64,000 nt of DNA from the human T2T-CHM13v2.0 reference genome, Homo sapiens: NCBI RefSeq assembly GCF_009914755.1, contig NC_060927.1; one strand, written 5' to 3'. How positions within the stretch are numbered: the stretch's first letter is position 1; each line of letters starts with the position of its first letter. The notes under the pieces were generated by a model, which was not told the DNA's origin, searched no databases, and saw only the letters and a list, made by a program, of their open reading frames with translations. A program made the translations under genes and the position numbers. This document shows, in pieces, positions 1-42,879 of the stretch.

Positions 1-222
1 TCACTCCAATAAATTCAGTGGAGAATTAATAACAGTCTTACCAGAATATCTACTCTTCTACAGGTGATGGCAAACCCTTTTGCCTCTGAAATGCACCTAT
101 TCCTGAACTCTGTATTCCCCAAAGCTCCATAGAGCATCAGCAGCCAGCTCTGCTTGGGGAGACTGTGCCGACCCAGCATAGCTTTTCCTTATTAGAGTAC
201 ACAGTAAATCCAGTTTCGTTGC

Positions 223-514
223 TTTTTTTTATTTTTATTTTTTTTGAGGCAGGGTCTTGCTATGTCACACAGGCTGGAGTGCAGTGGTGCAATCACGGCT
301 GACTGCAGCTTCTATTTCCTGGGCTCAAGTGATTCTCCCACCTCAGCTGGGGCTACAGGCGCATGTCACCACACCTGGCTAAGTTTTGTATTTTTGGAGA
401 GATGAGGTTTCGCCATGTTGCCCAGGCTGGTCTCCAATTCCTGAGTATAAGCAATATCCCCACCTCAGCCTCCCAGAGTGTTGGGTTTCCAGGTGTGAAC
501 CACGGTGCCTGGCC
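223..514 (-). mobile_element. Alu (J-type)
   Basis: Poly-T followed by antisense Alu body ending ...gcctggcc. Confidence 0.9.
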
Positions 515-1689
515 CAGTTTTGTTTCTTTTAGTTCAAATATTGATGGTTGACTCATAATTCCTTGACAAACCAAAGCTCCAAACTAACTAAAAAGATCAT
601 TTTGATTGTTGTGCGGGCAACATATCATAGAAATGCAACAACGGAAGTAGAGAGACCAATTGAGGCTGTTGAAAATCTTGCGTGAGAAGCAAACCCCTGG
701 AGTTATAAAATAAAAAGAGAGTTTGGCATTAGAAACTATATGGAAATATTACCGTAAACAGAGTCAAAATAAATATATGCAGCTCCTATCAGCAACAAAG
801 AGCCTATTTAATCAATAAGAAAAAGCCTCAATAATTCATCTGGAAAAATAAGCAAAGGATATGAAGATTATTCCTAGAACAAATATAAGTGGCTGTTAAT
901 CACATAAAAGAGGTTCAATATTCCTCAATATAATAGAAATATAAATTGAGACTGCACTATGATAGCAAATTTTCACTGATCATATTTGCAAAGACCAAAA
1001 ATCTGGTAACAAGCTTGATTAGGATGGTGTGGCAAACAGACTGTTTCCAAGATCGTCCTCAAGAATAAGAACAATTTCTAGGCCACACTGCTGGGCTGAA
1101 AGGAAGAAAAACAACTGTGTGTAGTAACTCTGGAAGGATGCAAAATAATCTGATAATGATGATTACTTCCCAAGAGTACTGGGTATAGGGAGGCAGGAAA
1201 GACTCGCTTTGAACTTTATTCTCTTTGGTACTGTTTGAATGATATACACCAGATGTATCTCTCATCAAAATTAAGCAAAATAAAACAATTTAAAGAGTCT
1301 GTTGTGATTGTCTGGGAGAGATCATTCTGGTAAGAGGAGTAGTGATGGAGAACATGCACAATGAGGGTATATTTTGGAAGAGAGTTGACAAGACATGCTG
1401 AGGGAGTAGATGTAGGAGATGAAGTAAGCCATCAAGGATGACTGCTAGACTTGCGGATAGCAAGTGGTAGAGAGATGTCCCATTTACTTTGCTAAGGAAC
1501 ACTTAGGGAGGAATAGGTATAGCATGGGTGAGAGAACTCAAGGATTCTGTTTTAAATGTGATAAGTTTGAGATGCCTATTAGTCATCCACATCATCCACG
1601 TGATATCAAATAAACAGTTGGAATGGTAGTCTTAGGCTGAAGAAAGGAGTCTGGAATGAAGGTATTTTAGAGGCAACAGCATATAAATC

Positions 1690-2322
<633 letters not shown>

Positions 2323-3962
2323 CAGAGGGAGGGTATTTAAAGTTATGGGAATGGATGAGTGGAAGAGAGCTCAGGAATGGGTCTTGCATCATTGAACATC
2401 TAGATTTTGAATAGAAGAGGAGGAGCTGACAAATGAGACAGCAAATGAGATAGGCCAGCAAAGTGGGAGGAACACAAGGCAAGTATGGTGCCAAGGAGGC
2501 TAAAAAGGAGTGGCTGTCAATTCCATCAATTGATAGAAGTTGAGTAAGATGACAGAGAAGTGACTAATGTATTTGGAAAGATGGAGTTATTACTCCTCTC
2601 GGCAAGACAGTTTTATTAGATCGGGAGCTCCTCCACTGGAGCTGAAGAGAGAATGGACTGTGAAAGTGGAGATATGTATAGACATCTCAAAGGCAGCACC
2701 TGATCCTTGACACTCTCTCCTACCTCCTTCTCTCTCTAAATTTTGATCTCTATTGGCGGCCCAAGCTAGAAATCTGGGAGACACTCTCAAGTCTTTCCTC
2801 TCTTTCAGATCGCATAGGCTATTATTTACAGTTATTCCCATTTTACCTCCTAAATAATTACTGATTTTCTTCTGTGCCATTCCTGCTTTTTATTGCTAAC
2901 AGGCCCTCGTCATCTCTAATCGTTACGACTGCAGCATCTTCCTAATAATCCTCACAGTTTTCAGCCTCTAGCTTTGACGCCCTCAAAATTCTGTTAGTAA
3001 AGCCTGAGGGCTCCCAGAAAGCGACGATGGTGCTGTGCTGGCAGACCGAATGTTTTTTAAAACACAAAGCTTGCAGTCCTGCTGCTGTGCTCAAAATCCT
3101 TGCATGGCTCTTCTTGAAACAGGTTTAGTGTTTCTACTCGAGTTCCTTCTCTGTCGTTCAACACAAACACATACACACCCAGTTCTGTTTCACGCTTTTG
3201 TCTTTATTATCCCTCGTAACTGCCCGCCCTGCAACCAACCCGCTCAAACAAGCACCCTGACTGGCGCATTCTTACTCATTCTAGCCTGGGTTTCAACTTC
3301 AAGGAGCTTCAGCGCCCCTCACTCCCTTGCCCTGAAAGCTGGCTAAACTACGCACCTTTTCTCCCCTTTTGAAATGACCTTTCCAGATATTTCTATGGAA
3401 TTCAGTGCCATTTTCTGCCGCTGTTCTCACCACATTCATTCATCATGTTTAGTTTTAAAAGTACCAGATTCTGTCGATTTCTCCAACTGAACTCTGAAAT
3501 CTTTGAGGTCAGGGAGCTTGCCTCATTCTATTTTGTATTCCCAGTACGTGACACATGGCTGGACACACCAGAAATTGTCCGATCAAGTTTGTGGGTATTA
3601 AGAGTGGTCAAAGACGCTGGGGAGGGCAGTGCTGGGAGAAGGGCAGCGCGCGTCTTGGCGACCCCAGCGCAGTTCGAACTACTCCGGAGTCTGGTGTGGA
3701 GCCGAGAGGGAGGCCCGCACTTTTCTCCCCGCGGAGCTGCGCTGAGTCTGAAATAGGTGTACGCGTCAGCGGGGCAGGAAACGGAAAGACAGTGCAGTAA
3801 TTGGTGGAAAGCTGGAAGTGGGCACCTCGAGGGCCTCAGCCCCACGAACACAGTCACCCAGGAAAAGCGAACCGCGCCAGGCCCTGTCATCGACCGCTGG
3901 GTCCGTCCTCCCAGCGCTCGCGGCCGCTCACATGGGCGTGGCCCTGCGTGACCTGCCGGGGC

Positions 3963-3990
3963 GTCACGTGAGCTCCCGGAGTCATGTGAC
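3963..3990. promoter_or_regulatory. Tandem CLEAR/E-box elements (TFEB/TFE3/MITF/USF)
   Basis: GTCACGTGAG at 3963-3972 and GTCATGTGAC at 3981-3990, each 9/10 to CLEAR consensus GTCACGTGAC, ~90-115 nt before the ATG of a lysosomal gene. Confidence 0.8.
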
Positions 3991-4078
3991 CGCCGTCTTG
4001 ACAGTGTTCCACGGGCGCTGCTTCCTGCCTGGGTTTGGAGTTGTCACCACTTTCCCCTCTCCGTCTCCTGCGGGCGCA

Positions 4079-30862
<26,784 letters not shown>

Positions 30863-30866
<4 letters not shown>

Positions 30867-31605
30867 GAAGTTAAAATGAATGTGTCATGAGAATGGGCTT
30901 AACACATCGTTGGTTTGAAAACTTCCATTTTTAAAAATTTAGAGTTTTAGTCATTAGAAAAAATAATGGACTGGAAAGTTATATTTATATCCAAATATAC
31001 CTATTTCAAAGTGTATTTGTGAGGCCTGTTTTAGCCTGTGTCTTTTGTATTGTGTGTTGCTAAAGAATTCTACTTTTAGGAGGCTAATCAACAATGAAAG
31101 GGTTAGAAAATTGCTGTGGAACATCCAGGTGAACTTCAGGAAAGACAGTGAAAAATGGAAAACGTTGGAGCTTCTGTTGAGATAATCTTCATTAGGTATA
31201 TATCTTAGGGATACAGCCTTTTCTTTATCTTATAGCAGGAAAAAAAAACTTTTGAGGGAAATAGAAGGGCTGCGTTACACAAAATAAACAATGGCATTGT
31301 CATAGGCCTTCCTTTTACTAGTAGGGCATAATGCTAGGGAATATGTGAAGATGTTTTTATGAAGTCTCTTTCTGATCACGAACAATAGCTTGCGCTCTAC
31401 TCTGTAGTTATGTGGATTGCCGAGCAATGACCCTTTTCAATTTCTTATTTCTGTGTTACTGAGGACCCTAATCACTTAGGGATGTAATTTTATAGTATAA
31501 ACTTTCTGTACAGTTTTTCTTATAGTCTAATAAGTAAAAAGTGTCCTTCAAATTATGATAATTGCCTATGTACATGGATAAATTAAAACACTGCACACGG
31601 AGTAC
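30863..31605 (+). other. MFSD1: MFSD1 terminal exon 16 (4 coding nt A-TGA plus 3' UTR; 3' end approximate)
   Basis: ttttgcag acceptor ends 30862; A completes Glu465, then TGA 30864-30866; AATAAA 31283-31288 and ATTAAA 31582-31587, the latter followed by a GU/U-rich tract. Confidence 0.8.
31582..31587 (+). terminator. Probable MFSD1 polyadenylation signal (ATTAAA)
   Basis: ATTAAA with upstream TGTA and downstream TGTCTTCTTTT element. Confidence 0.6.
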
Positions 31606-32065
31606 TTGATGTCTTCTTTTGATTTTAAAAAATACAAAAACACTGATTTTAACTTTTATTCATGCAGAAGATTATCTAGAAGAAAACCCAAGTTAGAATA
31701 AAGAGAACTTGCCCAATTACAGTCACTGAAAGATTATGGGGGTAGCTTTTTCTCCAGAGTAGAACTTTAAGTAACATATGTGGTTTTTTTTATATTAAGT
31801 AAAATATGAGTATGAAGCTTCTCTGACAAACTTTAAATACTTTTTAATATTTTTCAGCCTTAACATATTATTTGTTAAAGTCAAAGAATGCAGATATTTT
31901 AGACAAGATATTAAACCAATGTATTTAGCTGATTATATTGTTTAAAGCACATGGCATGATATTGTAAGTGTAAATGTTTGGGAACAGATTGAAAGTACGT
32001 TCCTTATGCAAGGTAGCTTAGCAGCTTTATTTACATCTGTTTTTCTGACTTACAGTTTATTGTGT

Positions 32066-32435
32066 TGATATGACTTGTCTCTGTGTCCCTACCCAAATCT
32101 CATCTCGAATTGTAATCCCTATGTGTTTGAGGGAGGGACCTGGTGGGAGGTGACTGGATCATGGGGGCAGTTTCTCCCATGCTGTTCTTGTGATAGTGAG
32201 GGAATTCTCATGAGATCTCATGGTTTAAAAGTGTGGCACTTCCCCTTCACACTCTCTCTCTCTCTCCTACCACCAAGTAAGATGTGCCTTGCTTCGCCTT
32301 TGCCTTCTTCCATGATTTTAAGTTTCCTGAGGCCTCCCAGCCATATGGAAGTGTGAGTCAGTTAAACCCCTGTAATTTACAAATTACCCAGTCTCAGGTA
32401 GTATCTTTATGGCAGTGTGAGAACTGACTAATACA
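32066..32435 (+). mobile_element. MSTA/THE1-type MaLR solo LTR
   Basis: TGATA...TAATACA termini; 5-bp TSD TGTGT at 32061-32065 and 32436-32440. Confidence 0.9.
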
Positions 32436-35200
32436 TGTGTCATTATTGAGTTGTTAGTTCTTTAGGCTCTGACGCCATATGACTGTTTCAGCACATGGGT
32501 GTTGAATATTGACCTCACAAGTGGGGGAGAGTGCAGGAAGTCCACACTACTTCTGCTGGAAGGCCCATGTGGCCTGGCCTCTTGCCTTGTCTCTCCACCG
32601 CCTCTGTGCCCCAGCCACAGTGAGCTGCTTACATGTTTTCAAATGGGTTGTGTTCCTTTCCCTCCCAGCGGCTTTGTCCACACTGTTCCCTTTGCTTAGA
32701 ATGTTTTCTCCAAGGCTCTCTAGAACCTGTTTTTACCTGATTTATACCAGAAAACCTTAGCCCCCAGCCCAGAACCATTCTTCCTCATGGAAGCTCTTCC
32801 AGATCCTTCAGGGTGTATTGGGTTCTTCTAAGTTGCTGTGATCTTGCAGTTTTCCTTTTTAGCTTACCTCAACTTAAAATAATGAAGAATCTCTGATAAT
32901 GTGGGTGTGGGTGTCTCTCTCTTCCTTAAATTGGAAGCTCCTTGAGGGCAGGGACTGCGTCCGTTTTGTTATCGATGATTATATTGATAGTGCCTAGCAA
33001 AAGTAGGCACAAAATAAATATTTTTTTGAATGATATATAAAAAGAGTAAATTAGAATAACCCTTTTGGAGGATGAATTGGCAATATGAATAAAAAGACCT
33101 AAAAGGGGGATGGTGGTGGGCTAAATGCCTTTTGGCTTAGCAATTCCATTTCTAATAACTTGTCCTAAAGAAACCATCAGACAAATATACATGTAAATAT
33201 ATTTTAAGAAAGCGTCTTCACTGCCAGATTTTATAATAGCCTAAAGTATAATAGAAAGCCACTCTAATTTACAATAATAGGGGATTTGTTAAGTACATCA
33301 TATTACATACCTAAAGTGAAATATTAAGTAGTCATTAAATGGTTTTGTTAGAGAACATATTGACATGGAATAATGTTGATGACATTTTCACACGGAAGAT
33401 TCATAGTGGTGCCATTTTTATAAAAACAAATATATCTGCATGATATGTACACCAGTGTCTCTGAATGATGAATTTCTATTGGCTTATTTATGTTTTCTGA
33501 TTTTTTTTCACAATAGCTCTTTATTGTGTAATGAAGGTTTTAAAAACCCCACAAAGAATATAGTTCAATGCAAGTTTGAGTCCTGCTGTTTTAAAGTGAT
33601 AATGTTCAGAAGGGAGGAAAGGAACAGGTAGTGTTTTTCAAAGAACTCTGGGGGTGAAGATGGGAGTTCAACAGTGCCATGAGTTAGAAATCAAATTTGC
33701 ATTGCCAGGAATAAAATTGCACGTAAAGGGAATTTTCAGAGACAAAATGGAAAAGAATGGTGTCAAGGATAAATGAAACAATGCCTTTATTTTTTAGTCC
33801 TAGTATTCACTGGTAGCAAACAACAGCTCCAACTTGTGTGCATGCTGCTCATGATATCTGGAAGGCCTCAACTGCAGCCTCATATCCTTTGCCCTCTTCC
33901 ATTTGAGTGTTCCTGAGTGCCCCAGTGGGGATTTGGTTGTAAGCCTTCAGCAGTGATTTGCTGCCAAAAAGTTCATGGAAGAAAGCTTTGAGTTTTTGTA
34001 AGAAATACTAAAAAGCCCTGACATCGTGTAGGCCAGACAGCCAAACTTAGTATAACTTATTAACATTTATTTCTCTCAAGTATATTAGTGTATATGGTCA
34101 TGTATTCCTGTGCACATATCTTTTCTTCAGTGGATCTTTATCAGTTCCAGGTTCTGGCAGCTGCCTGCTACAGTAATCCACTGTATTCCCAAAACTGATC
34201 TTCCCCTTGTAGATTTGGCAGATTTATTGTGTAATGCAAATCAGTGGACCTACAGGGCATTTCATTTCAGATTATCATGTACTTGTAGGCATTTGTCATT
34301 TTGTCTTTTTGAAGAGGATCACCTTCGGTGTGTGTCTTCCAAGTTTTACCACGTAGTAGCTTTTGTGTTTCCATTTTCTTATTAGCAAAATAGAAGATCA
34401 CTAGAGTTCCTTCTATAGCACTCTCATTCTTAATTTATGAGACATAAGGATATGGCTAATATATGTTAGATGTGTATTGGTGGATGACCTAAAACATCTA
34501 CAAATTTATCTCTCCATACCTTGTGTAGTTGATGGGTTGGGCAAGCTGGGCCTTCCTGGATTGCATTCACATTACTGTGGTAAGTAAATGAAGCACCCTG
34601 GAGGGGCAACAGAATGCCCTCTGGAATTTCTAAAAGTCAATGAGTTATCCCAAACAGCTGAAAGTGTGGGCTAACTTCTTGCAAGTCTTGCTCCCTCCCG
34701 CCAATATTGAGGCTTGTTCAGTTTTCCAAGGAAAATCCGATTATTGTGGGGGTTCTATGTCTTACCATGTTCAGATAGTTTTTAACCTTTGGAAGCCAAC
34801 CCTGTCTGTCCTGGGGAAGAGGTAACGAAAAATTTCACGACAAATGGGAAACCCCCACCTCCAGCCCAGTAGAGCCCAGATTTCACAGGGTAAAGTGAAC
34901 AAGAGATGGACAGTGGATAGAGTGGGTGGGAGGAGGATGAGAGAGAGGCTGGGCTGGAGCTGGAAGCAACAGGGTTCAAGAACTGGGAAGAGAAAATGGC
35001 TGGAGGTAGTAGGAAGGTGGGCCTGGCAGCAGGTCATCCCAGGATTTTAGAGTCATGCCTATGAGGTGAGTGTTAGAGGGAAGGTAAGAGTCCTCTTCCG
35101 GCTCTGGCAGGGTCCATGGAGGTAGAGGCCAGGCTTAGTGGATGGGAAGGTACAGGGAATGGGCCTGAGGACAATCACATTATCTCTTAAAATGTTTTCC

Positions 35201-35610
<410 letters not shown>

Positions 35611-36379
35611 TCAAAGGAAAAATATTATAATTGCCTTTTAAGATAATGTATGTATTCTTTTCATGTGGAAATATTTGAATTATCTTAGAAAGTTCTAGTT
35701 TATTTGTCAGCACTTAGATTTTTAAAATGCTTTTTGAGTCTAATGACTAAGTACGTAAGGTTTTATGATCATGCTACTTAGTATGTTTCGTAGACAATTT
35801 TTCACCTTTTAACATTTCTGAAATTGGGATGTGTCTTATCTTTGTTCGCATTTCATGATTCAAAGAAGTACAGTAGTGGGGAAAACCAAGCATGATGCTT
35901 GTGGCAATGTCATGTTGCTTCCTGAGTAAGATGTTCATGGGCTTCTGGGTCTTCGTGTCTGGCATCATTGACTCCGAGGCTCTTTGCTAGACCTGGCAAC
36001 TCAGAGATGTGGAAAGCGTGGACCACCTTGCTCAAGGGTCTCATGAATGAGTGGGGAAATAGACAGAGGATCAGTGATTCAGTGACTCTGATACAGCGTG
36101 ATGAGGGCTGTCAGAGCAATGACAAGACTTAATAAGGTTCAGAGAACCTAGGACACCTGCATGATTTGAAGAGGAGGTGATCTTTGAGCTGCATTGTAAA
36201 GGGTGAGTAGGATAGCTCATCTAAAGCTGAGAAGGTGCAGGATGGGAGGGAGGAGGAGAAGACGTCCCAGAGCTAATCCTGAGAGAGGCTGCTGGTGAAT
36301 GGAAATGAAATGAAAGTGACATGTGGGGAATTTAGTTGTGCAAGGCAGATCACTGAAGTCTGTTTCTTCGATGTTCAGG

Positions 36380-37560
<1,181 letters not shown>

Positions 37561-40500
37561 CTATAAAAGAAGAGAGTGTAAGAAGGTCTTCAGAGGCTGC
37601 TGCTTTGACTGTCGGGTTAATGCTTTATAAAGTCCTCTTTATTAATGTGTTTTTCTACTTGCAGAGTAGAACATTCTCAGACTCTGCGATTCTTTAATTT
37701 TCCTGAAGTGGCACTCTTTGCTTTTTGTTCATGATTTAACCACTATAAAAATGCCCAGCTACAGCTTGCTGCAAGAACATAAGTTTGGCTTCTTATCATG
37801 GAATTCTTTTTGAGGCCATTACCTTTGAAGTTGTTTGATACGTTAACAAAAAAAATCCTCAACAAAACAAAAAGTTGGGAAGTACAAATACTAAAGAGAT
37901 TTAGCTTGTTTATAGGAAAGTAAAAGATAATGAGACTATGTAACTTTATAAGCTCAGGTTATGCTTAATTGCAAGCAATTAAAAACTTTCCCCTTTTTAT
38001 TGCCTTTGAAATATGGGATAAAAGGAAAAAGTGAGAATGCTTGCAGGTTGTGTATCCTGGGACTGCTTTGAATTGAAGTCGGTGGGTGTTAGAACAAATA
38101 AATCCCAAAGAACTTGTGATTTAGTTTTATAGGCACACATTCATAAATTGGATTTTTCAGTAATTCCAGAAAAGCACACACAGGAGAAGCATTTGTTATG
38201 TATTCATTTATTCCTCAGTGTTTTAGTGAGCACCCATATGCTCAAGCCTCTGCTAGATCTCGGGGTGAGGGAGATAAAAGGATTTAAATAATGCCCCTCA
38301 TACTTTGCAGAAGGGGAGATGTGCTAAGAGAGGTGTGGAGGATGTTCAGAGAAGAGAGGGCCTTCTGATGAGTGATCCAGGGAGGCTTCTCGGAAGAGGT
38401 GGCATTTGAGCTGTTTGCTGAGAGACAGACAACTGTTACAACTGTTCATTCTCTTTGACTAGTTTGTTTCATGTTAACACCCTTGACTTCTCTGTGTCTT
38501 GACCCTGTTTACTTACTTGATTTTCTGATGCTCTGTTATCCGAGAGCAACTCCTGTCCTCCACTCTGTCATGCTTTCTATGATTCCTGTGTATCCTAGGT
38601 CCTCTGTTCTTTTTCTTCACTTCTCTCTCAGAGATACCATTTTCTGATTCAGCTCTGTATATTTGCCCACCCAGTTGGCCCCAAACCCAGAGCTTGAGAT
38701 TCGGTTCTCTCTCAACCTCCACCCTGCATTTCCAACTTGAGGTCTCACTAGCAGCTAACAGTAGCTTGTCTAAATCTGAGCTCTCCCTAACAGCACACAG
38801 TCCCCTCCCTCCCTTCCTCCCTTGCCCACCCACTGAGTGCTAGGTGCTAGTTGATCATTCTTCTGATTCCCGTGGCTCAGAGTCTCAGAGTAGTTTTTGT
38901 TATGTCTCCCTACCAGCCGTGTTTAATCCTTTTATTTCTGTTTTTTCCAATACGTTTAAAAATTTTAGTTCTCCTTATGCCACCTTAGCCTGCCTGTTAA
39001 ATGCATTCTTGGATCCCTGCAGTGGTCTTCTAAATATTGATCATCTTTCTTTTCATGATTGACATCACCCGTGCCCACTGTCTACCACACTTGCAATGTT
39101 GCTGGGATACCATGTTCTATGGGTTGAAAAATGGAGTTGTGAGGGAGATAAAACAGACCTGAAATGATAAAGGAGCCCATGTCAACTTCAAGGCAATAAG
39201 CCCCATGGGAGAGTCAGCAGTGCAGAGGTCTGAGGCAATTGGAGGATGCCAAGCCCATGGCCTGTGGAAGGTGGGAACGTAGGCATTTGGAGAAGGCTTT
39301 GTCAGGGATTATAAAGAGGTAGATGACAGGCCCGTGGCAAATGTGAGAGAGGTGGGAAGCCACAGGGTGTGGTGAGAGAGCCATGAGTTGAAGAGTTCAG
39401 CTGGGACTAGACTGTGACATGGCTAGCATGTCAGCGTGAGGGAGCTGGGCTTTATTCTGTGGAAGTGAAGATACAGGGGAGAGTGGACAATTGGGGAGGA
39501 TGGGATGTATGGAAAATACTGTTCTAAAGAAAATCTGGAGATGCTGTGAAGGGAAGGGAGGTCAATATGGAGACTTTGAAGGAGTCTAAGCTGTGACATT
39601 TTCTTTAATTCATTCAAAACATGGGGGAGCTGCCAGATTAAGTTTCTAAATCATGACTTTGATCATACTGCACTTCTGCTGAAATGCCGTTGGTGATTCC
39701 TCCTGGCATGAGAAGTGGTTCTTTCACTGGCATTAGGGGGGCTTCATCATCACATGTCAGCCTGCCCTTCCAGCATTGTCTCCAACTCCTCACCTTCAGG
39801 AACCAACCAATGACTTTCACACAAATTAAATTTGCTCACAGTGATCTCTCTTTCCATTTTCTCCACTGCTTGGGACATTCTCCTGGTTGAAATTTCTCCC
39901 AGCCTTCAGTGTACTCATAGGCTCTTCATGGCTCTCTCAGCCTGAGTGCTCTCAGTCCCCTTTGAAACTCCTCTAACGCTTACTGCCTGTATTATTCATT
40001 TTGATAATCAACAACTGACATAATTTCTTCTGTAGCTGCTTAAGCTGTTAGTACCCATATTGTTGTTTGTATGTTTTTATATTTTGCTTCTCCAACAGTC
40101 TATAACTTCCTTAAGGGTTGGGATTGTGTTTGACACTTTTGTAGCTTGCTATAGCCATCATATTTTCATCCAATATGAAAATACTAGCTCCAGTGACTGT
40201 ATTTTGAACATCATAGTATTTGCTGACCTTCGGTTCTGTTTTAACCTGTCCAAACAATCAGGAAGATTAGGGAAGATTCTGAGGGCCCCAGGGGGATAAC
40301 GGATTTGAGGATCCCAACTTTCCCCAGGGTGGAGGGCATTGAATGGGTAAATTCAGGAAGGACATTTTTTTTCCCTGGTTTTCTTATCCCCTTTTATAGG
40401 TGAGTTTTCTCTAATCACAAAGGAAGTGATGAATATCGTCTTGCCTCAGGTTCCACAGTGGATTCCTAGTTCTACTTACAATGGGGTCCTTTTCCTGAAG

Positions 40501-41339
40501 GGAATAGCCTAGTTTGATCCTAGTCTCTTGAGATAATTGTCCCTGAAAACCCAGGATATGATGTCAACTCAGTTAAACTTTTTTGATCCTAACTGTCCAG
40601 AAATAAGTTAAAAATGGATGTTTATACTTTGCTGTTAAGTAGGTCAAAAAACTGCAGAGCAATTTAGCCTTATATGGATCAGAGAAATAATTGCAAGCAC
40701 ATAGGTTAACAAGAAATTAAAGGCAGGAAATCTTTGGCTAGGAGTGTAATGTACTTTCTTTTTAGAAAAGACAGTGCATCCTGAGGATTCTGCATTAGTT
40801 TTCTTTCCACTTCCAGGGTTGAAAGGCTGATGGGCATAGAGCTAGTGGCTTTATGGCATATGGGCTGGCTCCAAGCCTTTCCTGGGGGAGCCTGGTGCAC
40901 CGGTTTCTCCAGTAACGTGAAACCTTATTAATTTGTAAGGGGTGATAATCAAAACTGTAACTCAGCTGAAACTTGCCTATGTGTTATGCAAAGAAAGGGC
41001 CAGAAATTAATGATATGAGCCAGAGAGCTGAGAGAATGTTCAAAAGAGCAAACATTTTAAGCTCTCTCAGCTCCTATAGAAACATTTATTTATGTGGAAA
41101 CAGCTGACCTGCTAATTAGAAAACATCCTTGCCTATTCATTAAACCAATTATCCTGAGGAATTCTGCTAAGCAACACTTAGTCCAGTTCTAATTATTGTG
41201 TGTCCTTGAAAGCAATAAACTGTACTTTTAGAATAAAATGTTATAATGTAGGCATATACATGGTTTACTCAGACATTTCCCATAATTGGAGTGAGATAGT
41301 AATGAGGGGTTATGCTTGTTTCTTATAAAAAGAATTTAA

Positions 41340-41673
<334 letters not shown>

Positions 41674-42109
41674 TAATGTTATGTATAGACCTGAGAAATC
41701 CTTGGAAATCATTATTGTTATAAATGAGAGGTTTTTTTTAAGGTTATCTTTTTGGATTACCTTGCATCTTAACTAAAAAAAGTCTTTTTAGGGATTAAAC
41801 ATCATTATGACTTAAGACATTGATGAAGTTTTTTTTCATAATCTCCAACATCATGTTTAAATTTAAATAAAAATGAAGCGAATCAGTTTTCTTGAAGCCA
41901 CTTTACTCTGTATCTCCCATTTTATCCTGCATAGCTTTTACTAACAAAAACACTGGTTAAGAAATGTAGTAAAAGACCACACAAGGTCTCCTCAGTGTTC
42001 TGCAGATAACAGCAACTGTGTCAACAAGCGAGCCGGCCTAAAATGACAAGCCGATATTGTCAAGGAGAACTTGGGCCAGCTCTAGGCTGGTGTTTGGATG
42101 GGGGCATAG

Positions 42110-42340
42110 CTTTCACGCTTAGGAGCATGTGCTTCAGAGGCCACTGCCTGGCTTTGAAAGCTCCATTCAACCCTATGATCTGGGCATTCTCCCACTGGGT
42201 AAGCCTGAACAAGTTACTTTGAGCTGTGCGTGTCAGTTTCCTTCTCTGTAAATGGAGGAAACAATGGCCTCCACCACAAGGGATTATTGTGAGGGTTAAA
42301 TGAGTTCCTCCATGCAAAGGTGCTCTTTCATAGTAAGGGT
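42110..42340 (+). mobile_element. MIR
   Basis: tcagtttccttctctgtaaatgg...ggattattgtgagggttaaatgag core. Confidence 0.7.
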
Positions 42341-42879
42341 TTCATTTACAGGTCCATTTGCTCACTCATTCATTCAGCCCCTATCTGTTGTGCCCTTACT
42401 ATGTGCCAGGCCCTGCTATGGAGGCTGGTATTGAGGGGTCAGCCATCAGAGGAGATCTCTGTCCTATTGGAGCATATAATTCAGTGGAAAGAGATCATAA
42501 ATAAGTAAATGAATCACCAAGTCCAGATAGTAATAAATGTTGCAAAGACAATATATAAGGGAATACAGTGATTGGGTTATGAGGAGAGAGGTCAACATTA
42601 GCTAGGGTGGGCAGGAGTGGTCTCTGAGAAGGTGACATTTGAGCTGAGACCTGAATGACAAGAGACCAATGTCAGCTCTCTTTAAGAAAGTTTTCCTTTG
42701 TTTTAGTGGCTCTCTCCATACTCTTATTTTAAACTCACTTAACATCAATATAAAAGTGTCCTTTGCAGCAGGACACTTTTAGGAGGTCTTGAGCCCCTCT
42801 CCCACCAGCACTCATCTGTGTACAAACAAGTTGTTGCTAGTGGTGTTGGAGCTCGTTTTTCCCAAGCTTCACCTTGGCA